Under the pieces are notes generated by a model, which ran no database searches, was not told the origin of the DNA, and worked only from the letters and a program-made list of their open reading frames with translations. DNA of 64,000 nt from an uncultured Thermoleophilia bacterium (GTDB lineage Bacteria; Actinomycetota; Thermoleophilia; Gaiellales; Gaiellaceae): contig CAVUNA010000014.1 of NCBI GenBank assembly GCA_963742605.1, positions 591,200 through 655,199 of the forward strand, written 5' to 3'. The position numbers and the translations under genes were made by a program. Each line of letters opens with the position of its first letter. Positions within the stretch are counted from its first letter, which is position 1. Below, piece by piece: positions 9,027-18,535 of this stretch.

Positions 9027-9838
9027 AATCGCTCCTCGGCCGCGCTCGCCCGCGGCACGTCGACTCCGTGGCCGGCCGCGAGCGTCTCGCGCACCGCGGT
9101 GATCAACTCGAAGAAGCGAGAATCCTCACGCGTCTCGGCGGTCCGCGGCTGCTTCAGGTCGACGTCGATGACGCCCGCGATCCGGCCGGGGCGGGCCGAC
9201 ATCACCACGACGCGCGTCGACAGGAACACCGCCTCGGGAATCGAGTGAGTGACGAAGATGACGGTGCTCCCCGCCTTCTCCCAGATGCGGAGGAGCTCCA
9301 TGTTCAGGCGCTCGCGGGTCATCTCGTCGAGCGCGCCGAACGGCTCGTCCATCAGGAGCAACGCCGGGTCGAACGACAGTGCTCTTGCGATCGAGACGCG
9401 CTGCTGCATCCCACCGGACAGCTGCCACGGCCGGCTCGACTCGAAGCCGGTCAGCTCGACGAGGTCGAGCATCTCCCTGACGCGGGCGCGACGTCGTGCG
9501 CGATCCCAGCCGAGCATCTCGAGCGGGAGTGACACATTGCGGGCAACCGTCCGCCAGTCGTACAGCACCGACTCCTGGAACACGATGCCGTAGTCGTGGT
9601 CGAGCCGGGCCTGGTGCGCGCTCTTCCCGTTGACGATCACCGACCCGCTCGTCGGCTGGATCAGGTCGCCGACGATTCGCAGCAACGTCGACTTGCCGCA
9701 TCCGGATGGGCCGATCAGCGAGATGAACTCTCCGGCACGGATGCCGAGCGCGATGTCCTGGAGCGCGGTGACTCCGGTCCGAAACGACTTCGAAAGTCCT
9801 TCGATCTCGACGACGCTCGTGGCGGACGTTTCGATCAT
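9023..9838 (-). CDS. ABC transporter ATP-binding protein
   Basis: Trimmed from track ORF 9023-10591 to ATG 9838, which forms an ATGA overlap with the upstream permease stop. Walker A GPSGCGKST, signature LSGGMQQR, Walker B LLLMDEPF. Confidence 0.9.
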   Translation of the reverse strand: MIETSATSVVEIEGLSKSFRTGVTALQDIALGIRAGEFISLIGPSGCGKSTLLRIVGDLIQPTSGSVIVNGKSAHQARLDHDYGIVFQESVLYDWRTVARNVSLPLEMLGWDRARRRARVREMLDLVELTGFESSRPWQLSGGMQQRVSIARALSFDPALLLMDEPFGALDEMTRERLNMELLRIWEKAGSTVIFVTHSIPEAVFLSTRVVVMSARPGRIAGVIDVDLKQPRTAETREDSRFFELITAVRETLAAGHGVDVPRASAAEERF

Positions 9839-10701
9839 GCGAAATGCTCCGGCGCCCTGCGCAACACCAGCCGCTCGGTGCCGGCTACCGCGAGGTAGAA
9901 GAGGATCCCGAGGGCTGCGCACACGATGTTGGTCGCCCACAGGAAGGTGGGCTCGAGCGAGTAGTACTGGTTGAAGTTCACGATCGCGCCGCCGAGGCCG
10001 TTCTGAATCGACGCCGGGGTCTCGCCGATGATGGCGCCGATCACGCTTGCTGTCGCCGAGATCTTGAGCGCCGTGAAGATGTACGGCACCGACGCCGGGA
10101 CGCGCAGTCGCCAGAGCACCCGCCATCGGGTCGCCGCGTACGAGTGCATCAGCTCGACTGCGCGCGGATCGACCGAGTGCAGTCCACGCAGCGTGTTGAT
10201 CGCGACCGGGAAGAAGGTGAGGTACGCGGCCAGAATTGCGACCGCCTTCCAGCCTGCGACTCCCTTCGAGCCCAGCCCGACGACGACCATCGGTGCGATT
10301 GCGAGGATCGGCACGGTCTGAGACGCGACGATGTACGGAAGGATCCCGCGTTCGAGGAACCGCGACTGTGAGAGGAGAACCGCGAGGAGAAACCCGATCA
10401 CGCCGCCGAGGAGAAAGCCGGCGAGTGCCTCCTTGCCGGTGAACCAGGTGGCATCGAGCAGCGAGTGGATCAGCGGCGGTCCTCCGGTCGTGGTGGGCTG
10501 CCAGAACGCCGCGACGACGTCGTGGAGGTGCGGCATCGTCGTATCGTTCACGGTGAACGGCCAGGTCCAGCCTGCCGTTTCCCAGAGCCACTTGTAGCCC
10601 TCCCAGAGGCCCCAGAGCGAGGCGAGCACGAGCACAGCGGTGGCCGCGCGGCGCGCGAACGAGATCGTGCGGTCATCGAGCGTCGCAGTCCCCGCGGTCA
10701 C
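9835..10701 (-). CDS. ABC transporter permease (NitT/TauT type)
   Basis: 288 aa, polytopic, with a binding-protein-dependent transport inner-membrane component layout. First gene of the minus-strand operon. Confidence 0.85.
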   Translation of the reverse strand: MTAGTATLDDRTISFARRAATAVLVLASLWGLWEGYKWLWETAGWTWPFTVNDTTMPHLHDVVAAFWQPTTTGGPPLIHSLLDATWFTGKEALAGFLLGGVIGFLLAVLLSQSRFLERGILPYIVASQTVPILAIAPMVVVGLGSKGVAGWKAVAILAAYLTFFPVAINTLRGLHSVDPRAVELMHSYAATRWRVLWRLRVPASVPYIFTALKISATASVIGAIIGETPASIQNGLGGAIVNFNQYYSLEPTFLWATNIVCAALGILFYLAVAGTERLVLRRAPEHFA

Positions 10702-10711
10702 GGCTGAGTGC

Positions 10712-10740
10712 TTACCACACTGGTAACGCAGTTGTATTCT
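10712..10740 (+). promoter_or_regulatory. Candidate promoter for a leaderless mRNA, with an overlapping palindromic operator
   Basis: TTACCA (10712-17), 17 nt, TATTCT (10735-40), 6 nt, then GTG 10747. The -35 hexamer is the left arm of palindrome TTACCAcacTGGTAA (10712-10726). It lies in the 45 nt between the divergent operons. Confidence 0.4.
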
Positions 10741-10746
10741 CGCCGC

Positions 10747-11982
10747 GTGCCGCTCGACCCGTCACGCACCGTCGTTGAGCTCGAGGACCTTCGCGCACTG
10801 ACAGGCGACGATGACGGAGCACAACGCGTCGCGTGGACATCGACGTGGGAAGCAGCGCGCGTGTGGCTGCGCGAGAAGGTGCAGCCAACCGGTGCCGTCG
10901 AGACGATCGACGCGGCCGGCAATCAGTGGTTCACGCTGCCCGGTCGGTCGGAGCGCGCGCTGTTGATCGGTGGGCACATGGACTCGGTACCGAACGGCGG
11001 GTGGCTCGACGGGTGCCTGAACGTCGTGGCCGGCGTCGAGGTCCTACGCCGGATCGCCGAGGAGGGGACGCCGCCGTTGACGGTCAGGCTCGTCAGCTGG
11101 GCCGACGAGGAAGGTGCTCGCTTCGGCCGGTCGCTGTTCGGCTCGTCCGCCGCGGCGGGCTCGATGCGCGACCAGGACGAGTTGCGGAGGCTCACCGACC
11201 GCGACGGCATCGCGCTTCCCGACGCGCTTCGCGAGCACGACGTCGACCTCGACCGTGCACTCGACGCACGCAGCGAGCTCGCGACCGCGGCCGCCTACCT
11301 CGAGCTGCACATCGAGCAAGGGCCGGTGCTCGAGGCGCTCGATCTGCCGCTGGGCGTCGTCCTCGGAACGTTTGGCGTCGAGCGCTCACGCGTCACGTGG
11401 CGCGGACAGGCCGCGCATGCCGGCTCGACGCCGATGGGCGCCCGCCGTGACGCTCTTGCGGGCGCGGCGAAGCTCGCCCTCGCGATTCGCGACATCGCGC
11501 GCGAGGTGGGCGACGGCGCGGTGTGTACCTCGGGCGGCGTCGTCTGCCGGCCGGGCATCGTCACCTCGGTGGTCGAGACGGCCGAGCAGCTGCTCGACCA
11601 GCGCCATCTCGATGCTGCGAAGCTGGCGCGCCTGCTGTCACTTGCACGCGACGCCGCCGATCGCTTCGCGGTCGAGGAGAACGTGTCGGTCGAGTGGGAG
11701 CGGATCTGGAGCATCGAGCCGATCCTTTTCGACGAGCAGCTGATCGGGCTCGCGGACGAGGCGATCCGCGAGGTCGCGGGCGAATCGCACCGACTTCCAT
11801 CGGGGCCGTTGCACGACGCGGCGGAGGTGTCGCGTGCGGGCATCCCGACTGTGATGCTGTTCGTGCAGAGCCTCCGCGGCCTCTCGCACACGAAGCTCGA
11901 GGACACGAAGCGCGAGCACCTCGAGCTCGCGGTGCGTGCGCTCGACCGCCTGGCGGCGAAGACGCTCGTCGCGTACTCGTAG
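10747..11982 (+). CDS. M20-family Zn amidohydrolase (N-carbamoyl-amino-acid / beta-ureidopropionase / allantoate amidohydrolase type)
   Basis: Track ORF 10708-11982. GTG 10747 is preferred because of the promoter geometry; GTG 10708 remains possible. Motifs GGHMDSVPNGGWLDG, VSWADEEGARFG and HAGSTPM are typical of AmaB/HyuC/PydC-like enzymes. Confidence 0.8.
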   Translation: MPLDPSRTVVELEDLRALTGDDDGAQRVAWTSTWEAARVWLREKVQPTGAVETIDAAGNQWFTLPGRSERALLIGGHMDSVPNGGWLDGCLNVVAGVEVLRRIAEEGTPPLTVRLVSWADEEGARFGRSLFGSSAAAGSMRDQDELRRLTDRDGIALPDALREHDVDLDRALDARSELATAAAYLELHIEQGPVLEALDLPLGVVLGTFGVERSRVTWRGQAAHAGSTPMGARRDALAGAAKLALAIRDIAREVGDGAVCTSGGVVCRPGIVTSVVETAEQLLDQRHLDAAKLARLLSLARDAADRFAVEENVSVEWERIWSIEPILFDEQLIGLADEAIREVAGESHRLPSGPLHDAAEVSRAGIPTVMLFVQSLRGLSHTKLEDTKREHLELAVRALDRLAAKTLVAYS

Positions 11983-11998
11983 CGCGGCGCGGGACCCG

Positions 11999-12026
11999 CC
12001 GGGGTCAGACCCGGGTCTGACCCCGG
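11999..12026. terminator. Perfect 28-nt palindrome, probable bidirectional terminator
   Basis: CCGGGGTCAGACCCGGGTCTGACCCCGG lies between convergent genes and includes the stop and last codons of the FAH gene. Confidence 0.5.
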
Positions 12027-12655
12027 GCTTCGCTGACGACGGGGTTCGCGAGCACGCCGATCCCCTCGACCTCCACCTCGACGACGTCGCCGCCGGCGAG
12101 CGGCACCTTGGGGTCGCGCGCCCAGCCGACACCAGGAGGCGTCCCCGTCAGGATCAGGTCGCCCGGCTCGAGCGTGAAGACGGCGGAGATGTAGCTGACG
12201 AGGAACGGCACGCCGAAGATCAGGTCGTCCGTCGACCCGTCCTGCAGCACCTCGCCGTTCAGCCGCTGCACGACGCGCAGGCCCGAGCCGTCACCGAGCT
12301 CCGAGACCGGGACGAGCCGATCGCCGACTGGACAGAACGTGTCGAACCCTTTCGCACGCGCCCACTGGCTCTCGCTGTACTGAATGTTGCGAGCCGACAA
12401 GTCGTTCGCGCAGCGGTAGCCGCGAACATGGGCGAGCGCGTCGGCCTCGCTGATGCGACGTCCGCCGACACCGATCTCGACCGCGAGCTCGGCCTCGGCG
12501 TCCACGTGCGTCGCCTCGGGCGGCAGGACGATCGGATCGCCGGGGCCGATCAGCGTGTTGTCGAACTTTCCGAACAGGAGGGGCTCGGTCGGCGGATCGT
12601 CGCCAAGCTCGGCGGCGTGCTCCGCATAATTCCGGCCGACACAGATGATCTTCAC
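12005..12655 (-). CDS. Fumarylacetoacetate hydrolase (FAH) family protein
   Basis: 216 aa. MKIICVGRNYAEHAAELG... and ...LEPGDLILTGTPPGVG are typical of small FAH-family hydratases/isomerases. Confidence 0.8.
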   Translation of the reverse strand: MKIICVGRNYAEHAAELGDDPPTEPLLFGKFDNTLIGPGDPIVLPPEATHVDAEAELAVEIGVGGRRISEADALAHVRGYRCANDLSARNIQYSESQWARAKGFDTFCPVGDRLVPVSELGDGSGLRVVQRLNGEVLQDGSTDDLIFGVPFLVSYISAVFTLEPGDLILTGTPPGVGWARDPKVPLAGGDVVEVEVEGIGVLANPVVSEARGQTRV

Positions 12656-12719
12656 CGGGTCAATCTTGACGCAGTAGGCTCAACGGCGCGCGAGCTCTCG
12701 ACACCAGGAGGTCCACGGA

Positions 12720-13751
12720 ATGGCTCTGAGCTTCGGCGTCACCGTCCTGCCCGACCCGCCGTACGCGCGCTGGCTCGAGCTGATCCAGCTCGCCGAGCGG
12801 CACGGGTTCGAATACGCGTGGACGTACGACTCGCATGTGCTGTGGCAGGAGTCCATCCCGCTGTTCGGCTATGCGGCGCATCAGACCTCGGCGATCAAGC
12901 TCGGCCACTTCGTCACGAATCCGGGCACCCGCGATCCGACGGTGCTTGCAAGTGCCTACGCAACACTCCACGACTTGACCGACGGCCGGATGGTGATGGG
13001 AATCGGCCGCGGCGACTCGGCGCGACGGTACATCGGCCAGCAGCCCGTCAAGGTGGCGGAGTTCGAGCGCGCGTGCGCCATGATCCGCGACTTCATGAAC
13101 GGCCGGGAAGTCACCTGGAACGACAAGGAGCTGCAGCTGAAGTGGGTGCGGCCCGAGCTTCCGCAGATCCCGATGTGGGTCGCGGGCTACGGGCCGAAGG
13201 CGCTCGCCGTGGCGGGCCGGGTCGCAGACGGCGTGATCATCCAGCTCGCCGACCCGGAGATCATCCAGTGGATCATGTCGACGGCCCGTCGTGCGGCGGA
13301 GGAGGCAGGACGCGATCCGTCGGAGCTCAAGTGCATCGTCGGCGCTCCGAGTCACGTGAGCGACGACCTCGCGGACGCGCGCGAGCAGGTTCGCTGGTTC
13401 CCGGCGATGGTCTCCAACCACGTCAAGGATCTGATCGAGCGCTACGGATCGGACGGGAGCCAGGTGCCGAAGGCGCTGACCGACTACGTCCTGGCACGAG
13501 AGTTCTACGACTACAACGAGCACTCACGTGTCGGCGCGAAGCACGGCGAGTTCGTGACAGACGAGATCTGCGACCGGTTCTGCGTGATCGGAAACGTCGA
13601 GCAGTGCGTCGCCAAGTTGCGCGAGCTCGAGTCCGTCGGCGTCGACCAGTTCAACATCTACCTGATGACCCACGGGCAGGAAGCGACGCTCCAGGCCTAC
13701 GGCGACGAAATCATCCCGCAGATTGACGCCATCGCGGCCTCGAGTAGCTAG
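12720..13751 (+). CDS. Luciferase-like monooxygenase (LLM) class, probably an F420-dependent oxidoreductase
   Basis: 343 aa. MALSFGVTVLPDPPY..., GRMVMGIGRGDS and the C-terminal region resemble F420-dependent methylene-H4MPT-reductase-like LLM proteins of actinobacteria. Confidence 0.75.
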   Translation: MALSFGVTVLPDPPYARWLELIQLAERHGFEYAWTYDSHVLWQESIPLFGYAAHQTSAIKLGHFVTNPGTRDPTVLASAYATLHDLTDGRMVMGIGRGDSARRYIGQQPVKVAEFERACAMIRDFMNGREVTWNDKELQLKWVRPELPQIPMWVAGYGPKALAVAGRVADGVIIQLADPEIIQWIMSTARRAAEEAGRDPSELKCIVGAPSHVSDDLADAREQVRWFPAMVSNHVKDLIERYGSDGSQVPKALTDYVLAREFYDYNEHSRVGAKHGEFVTDEICDRFCVIGNVEQCVAKLRELESVGVDQFNIYLMTHGQEATLQAYGDEIIPQIDAIAASSS

Positions 13752-13764
13752 GCTCGCGGGCGAA

Positions 13765-14498
13765 ATGAACGCGAACGGAGCCGTTGTCATTGCCACGGAC
13801 CTGAGCCGTCGCTACGGCGAAGGCGAGGCGGCCGTCGACGCCCTCCAGGGCGTCTCGCTCGCGGTCCAGCCGGCGAGCTGGTGGCCGTGATGGGGCCGTC
13901 GGGCTCCGGGAAGTCGACGCTGATGCACCTGCTCGCCGCCCTCGACCAGCCGACGGGCGGCACGGTCTCGATCGCCGGCCAGGACGTCGGCTCGCTCTCC
14001 GATCGCGACGTCACGCTGCTGCGCCGCCGCCATATCGGCTTCGTCTTCCAGTTCTTCAATCTGCTGCCGATGCTCAGCGCCGAGGAGAACATCAAGCTTC
14101 CGCTGTCGATCGCCGGCGAGAAGCCCGAGCCCGAGTTCTTCGAGGACCTGCTCAAGCGCGTCGGCCTCGCCGATCGCCGCTCGCACCGCCCGGCGGAGCT
14201 TTCCGGCGGCCAGCAGCAGCGTGTCGCGATCGCGCGTGCGCTCGTCAGCAAGCCGACGGTCGTGTTCGCCGACGAGCCCACCGGCAACCTCGACTCCCAG
14301 ACCGGCGCCGACATCCTCGAGCTGCTGCGATCCTCGGCCAAGGAGCTCGACCAGACGATGGTGATGGTGACGCACGACGCACACGCCGCCGAGATCGCCG
14401 ACCGGGTGCTCTTCCTGGCCGACGGCCGCATCGTCGAAGAGTTGCCACGCAGCGGCGCGACCGAGATCATGGCTGCGATGGCCCGCGCCGGCTCGTGA
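13765..14498 (+). pseudogene. ABC transporter ATP-binding protein (MacB/LolD-like), frameshifted just before Walker A
   Basis: ATG 13765 reads MNANGAVVIATDLSRRYGEGEAAVDALQGVSLAVQP and then stops at 13888-90. The rest (GELVAVMGPSGSGKST...LSGGQQQR...VFADEPT) is in the +2 frame (track ORF 13881-14498). CAGCCGGCGAGCTG looks like CAGCCGGGCGAGCTG minus one G, at about 13872. Confidence 0.7.
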
Positions 14499-17044
14499 CC
14501 CGCGTCGCGCTCGCCGGGCTGCTCGGGCGGAAGCTGCGAACCGCTCTCACCGCGATTGCGATCGTGCTCGGCGTTGCGATGGTGAGCGGCACGTTCGTCC
14601 TCACGGACTCGATCGACAAGGCCTTCAACTCGATCTTCACGGACGTTCGCAAGGGCTCGGACATCGTGGTCTCGGGCAAGGCGGCCACCAGCACCGACAA
14701 CGGATCGACCGCGCCGACGCTGCCCGCGTCGCTGCTCGCGCAGGTGCGCGGGCTGCCCGACGTCGCCGTGGCCGAAGGCCAGATCAACGGCGAGGCACAG
14801 CTGATCGGTCACGACGGGAAGGCGATCGTCTTCGGCGGCGCTCCCAACCTCGGCTTTTCGATCGCCGACGGCGCTTCGCGGTTCAATCCGCTGACGCTCG
14901 TCTCGGGAACCTGGCCGCACGGCCAACAGGTCGTGATCGACAAGAGCACGGCGAGCAAGAAGCACTTCGCGGTCGGTCAGACGATCGGCGTCCAGGCGCG
15001 AGGGCCGATCGTCAAGTTGAAGATCTCCGGCCTCGTGAAGTTCGGTGGGCAGAGCCTCGGCGGCGCCACCCTCGCCGGCTTCGACATCCCGACGTCGCAG
15101 AAGCTGTTCGACAAGCCGGACCAGTTCGACGAGATCGCGATTGCGACGAAGTCGGGTGCGTCGTCGACCAACGCGCTGAAAGAGGTGCGGGCGATCCTGC
15201 CCTCGAATGCGCAGGCGCTCACAGGGAAGCAACAGGCCGACAAGGATGCCGAGAACACCAACTCGTTCATCTCGTTCCTGCGGGGATTCCTGCTCGCGTT
15301 CGGAGGGATCGCGCTCTTCGTCGGCAGCTTCGTGATCGCCAACTCGCTGTCGATCACGATCGCGCAGCGCACGCGCGAGCTCGCGACGCTGCGTACGCTC
15401 GGCGCGAGCAGGCGTCAGGTACTCAACTCGATCTTCATCGAGGCGCTCGTCGTCGGCACGCTGGCGTCGCTGGTCGGGATCGTCGGTTGGGTTTGCGCTC
15501 GCCAAGGGCCTGTTCAAGCTCTTCGATGCGGTCGGCTTCACACTCCCGAACAGCGGCCTCGTGTTTGCGACGCAGGACGGTGATCATCGCGCTGCTCGTC
15601 GGCATCCTGGTGACGTTGATCGCCAGCCTCAGGCCCGCAATCCGTGCGACGCGCGTGCAGCCGATCGCCGCGGTTCGCGAGGGCGCAACACTGCCGGAGT
15701 CGCGCTTCGCGCGGTTCCGCACGCTCGGCTCGACCTGCCTCACACTGCTCGGCTTTGCCGCGTTGCTCTACGGCCTGTTCGGCAAGCACCTCGGCACCAC
15801 CGCCGTGCTGCTGTGGATGGGCCTCGGTGCGCTGCTGATCTTCATCGGCGTCTCGATACTCTCGGTGCGCTTCATCCGGCCGCTCGCCGGCGCCCTCGGC
15901 TGGCCCGCGCGGCGCTTCGGCGGTGCGGCGGGAGCGCTCGCGCAGGACAACGCTCGGCGGAACCCGCAGCGCACCGCATCGACTGCCGCGGCGCTGATGA
16001 TCGGTCTTGCGCTCGTGACGCTCGTCGCCGTCCTCGCCTCGGGAATCACCTCGTCGTTCAGGGGCGCCGTCAACAAGATCTGGCACAACGCCGACTACGC
16101 GATCACCGCGGAGAACAACTTCTCGCCGATCCCGATCGCTGCCGCGAATGCTGTCGAGTCGACGCCTGGTTTCGAGGCCGTGGGGAACGTCCGCACCGGT
16201 GACGCGAAGGCTTTCGGCCACAGCTTCTTCGCCACCGCCGTGAACCCCCCGGGTGCGACGATGTTCAAGCTGGACTGGAAGGTCGGCTCCAACGCCACGA
16301 TGGCGACGCTGGGCGACAACGGTGCCTTCGTCGACACCGGTTACGCGAAGAAGCACCACCTCGTCGCCGGCTCGCCCGTGCCGATGATCTTCTCGAACGG
16401 GTCGACCAAGACGTTCCTTATTCACGGCATCTTCAAGCCGCCGCCCGGCGGATCGCCCTTCGGCAGCGTCACGTCTCGCAGGCGACCTGGGACAAGTTCA
16501 ACGAGAACCCCGAGAACCTGTACTCGTTCGTTCGCATGCAGGGCGGCCAGTCGCCGGCGAATCCGCCGCCTCGACGAAGACACTCAAGTCTTTCCCGAAC
16601 GCGAAGGTGCAGACGCGCCAGCAGTTCATCGACAACCAGATCAGCGGTCTGAACTCGATCCTCAACATCCTCTACGTGCTGCTCGCCCTCTCGGTGATCG
16701 TCAGCCTCTTCGGGATCGTCAACACGCTCGTGCTCACCGTCTTCGAGCGCACGCGCGAGATCGGCATGCTGCGCGCGATCGGCATGACACGGCGGCAGGT
16801 GCGGCGGATGATCAGGTACGAGAGCGTGATCACCGCGCTGATCGGGGGCGTGCTCGGGATCGCGCTCGGCGTCGTGCTGGGCGGCCTGCTCGTCTACCGG
16901 GTCGACTTCATTCAGTTCTCGCTGCCGGTGACGTCCTTGATCGTCTTCGCGATTGCTGCGATCATCGTGGGCATCCTGGCTGCGATCTTTCCCGCCCGTC
17001 GCGCCGCCCGCCTCAATGTTCTCCAGGCGCTGCAGTATGAGTGA
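14495..17044 (+). pseudogene. FtsX/MacB-type ABC permease (two FtsX domains) broken by four frameshifts
   Basis: Recognisable permease sequence moves through five frames. Frame 2 runs to about 15485. Frame 0 follows (VGFALAKGLFKLFDAVGFTLPNSGLVFAT, about 15486-15572). Frame 1 follows (TVIIALLVGILVTLIASLRPAIRATRVQPIAAVREG...FKPPPGGSPFGSVT, to about 16473). Frame 0 follows (SQATWDKFNENPENLYSFVRMQGGQSPAN, to about 16560). Frame 2 follows (STKTLKSFPNAKVQTRQQFIDNQ...QALQYE*). Confidence 0.7.
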
Positions 17045-17549
17045 CCTTGCCGCGTCTCTTCGCGGGTACGTCGCGACCGACGAGCGGGAGGAGGCGGACC
17101 GCTGCGCCATGTTGCGGCTCGCCGAGGAGCTCGAGCAGCCGCTTTCTCGCCGGCAGGTGCGCGCGCACTTCACGGCGTCGGCGTTCGTGATCGACGAGAC
17201 CTGCGCACGCGCGTGCCTCGTTCGGCATGTGACGCTCGGACGGCTGCTCCAGCCGGGCGGGCACGTCGAAACGATCGACAGCTGCCTCGAGGACGCGGCG
17301 TTGCGGGAGGCGCTCGAAGAGACCGGGCTCGAGCTCGAGCTCCACCCGAAGGCGCCTCGCCCGTTCGACCTCGACATCCACGCGATTCCCGCGACGGCCA
17401 ACGAGCCCGCCCACTTCCATCTCGACGTCCGCTACCTCGTGATCGGTCGGGGCGAGCCTGCTGCCGGGGCCGCGTGGTACCCGGTCGGGCGGGCCGAGGA
17501 CGGCTCGGTGGCGCGACTCGCCGCCAAGGCCGCCGCCTACGGCGCCTGA
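17037..17549 (+). CDS. NUDIX hydrolase
   Basis: Trimmed to ATG 17037. Nudix box GGHVETIDSCLEDAALREALEETGL fits GX5EX7REUXEEXGU. Confidence 0.75.
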   Translation: MSDLAASLRGYVATDEREEADRCAMLRLAEELEQPLSRRQVRAHFTASAFVIDETCARACLVRHVTLGRLLQPGGHVETIDSCLEDAALREALEETGLELELHPKAPRPFDLDIHAIPATANEPAHFHLDVRYLVIGRGEPAAGAAWYPVGRAEDGSVARLAAKAAAYGA

Positions 17550-17551
17550 GT

Positions 17552-18535
17552 CTAGAAGCCGGGCGCAGGCGGATCGAGCACGAGCGGACTGCTCGGCAGC
17601 CCGGCGACCGGGGCCGCGGCATTGAACCCGGCCGGGGCGACGTCGTTCGGCGCGTCGGCGTGGAAGAGCGACGCGAGCAGCTGGATCTGTTCTCGCCCGT
17701 GCCCGAGCTCGTACTGACCGCCGCCGTAGAGCGCGATTCCGGCCTGCTCGCAGCGGTCGTAGAAGTCGAAGAGTCGTTTCACCGACCCGAACCGCGACGG
17801 CTTGGAGTTGAGGCAGCGAGGGGCGAACGGGAGCGCCTCGACGTCACTCCACTCGTGGATGGCGGCGTCCCACGTGACCCGGTCACGGTCGTTCGCGAGC
17901 ACCGCCGTCGTCGCGGTCGTCAACGCCGGGTCCTCGAGCCAGACGTCCGGAAACGCGGTCGCGATCCGCCGGTACAGCGCCGGCTCGGGAGGTGATCCGA
18001 ATTCGGCGCGGTAGACACCCTTGAAGTCCAGCGTCTGCACCCTTCCGGTCCCGGCCACCCGCGAGACGACGTCGTCCGTCCAGTCCTTGTCCGGGTCGAG
18101 CTTGAACTCGAGCTCCGGATAGAGCTCGAGCCACGGCTCGACGTTCGTCACCCGAGTCGAGACGACGAATCGCAACGGGCGCTGCCGGCGGTCGAGCGCC
18201 TCTGCCAGGGACAGTCCCGCCTGCTTGAGCGCGAGGTCGAGTGCCGCCGACTCGAGCGCCCACCGCCGGTACTCGGTCTGGCCCGACTGCAGCAGCGAGA
18301 ACGAGTCGAGCGTGTGGTCGCCGACGAGCGGGAGCTCCGCGCGTCGCTCCTGGAAGCGCTGCTGCGCGGCCGGATCGTAGTCGACCTCTTCGCCGCGTCC
18401 CTCATGGCCGCCGCCGCGCAGCACGACCTCGGTGCGCCGGAGCGTGAACTCGCGCGCGACCTCGCGTTCGAGCGGCTCGAGCTCGTAGCTCTCGACGACC
18501 AGTGGGAGCTCGCGGACGCGCTCGTACAGGCTCAT
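17552..18535 (-). CDS. Hypothetical protein, possibly a degenerate enolase-superfamily (MR/MLE-like) fold
   Basis: Trimmed to ATG 18535, which forms an ATGA overlap with the arsR stop. Weak by-eye resemblance only (ALESAALDLALKQAG, FKLDP, WLEDP, LNSKPSRFGS). Confidence 0.45.
   Translation of the reverse strand: MSLYERVRELPLVVESYELEPLEREVAREFTLRRTEVVLRGGGHEGRGEEVDYDPAAQQRFQERRAELPLVGDHTLDSFSLLQSGQTEYRRWALESAALDLALKQAGLSLAEALDRRQRPLRFVVSTRVTNVEPWLELYPELEFKLDPDKDWTDDVVSRVAGTGRVQTLDFKGVYRAEFGSPPEPALYRRIATAFPDVWLEDPALTTATTAVLANDRDRVTWDAAIHEWSDVEALPFAPRCLNSKPSRFGSVKRLFDFYDRCEQAGIALYGGGQYELGHGREQIQLLASLFHADAPNDVAPAGFNAAAPVAGLPSSPLVLDPPAPGF

Noticed and set aside
11936-15541. Long ORFs 11936-13726 (+, 596 aa) and 13787-15541 (-, 584 aa).
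   Set aside because: They overlap or lie antisense to the FAH, LLM and ABC genes, which have clear family motifs. Their products are low-complexity and Arg-rich. I treat them as GC artefacts.
15487-17040. 517-aa ORF as an independent permease gene.
   Set aside because: Only its middle (about 15577-16473) reads as FtsX-type permease. Its N-terminal ~30 and C-terminal ~190 residues are out-of-frame nonsense, while the true sequence continues in other frames. It is a fragment of the frameshifted gene 14495-17044.
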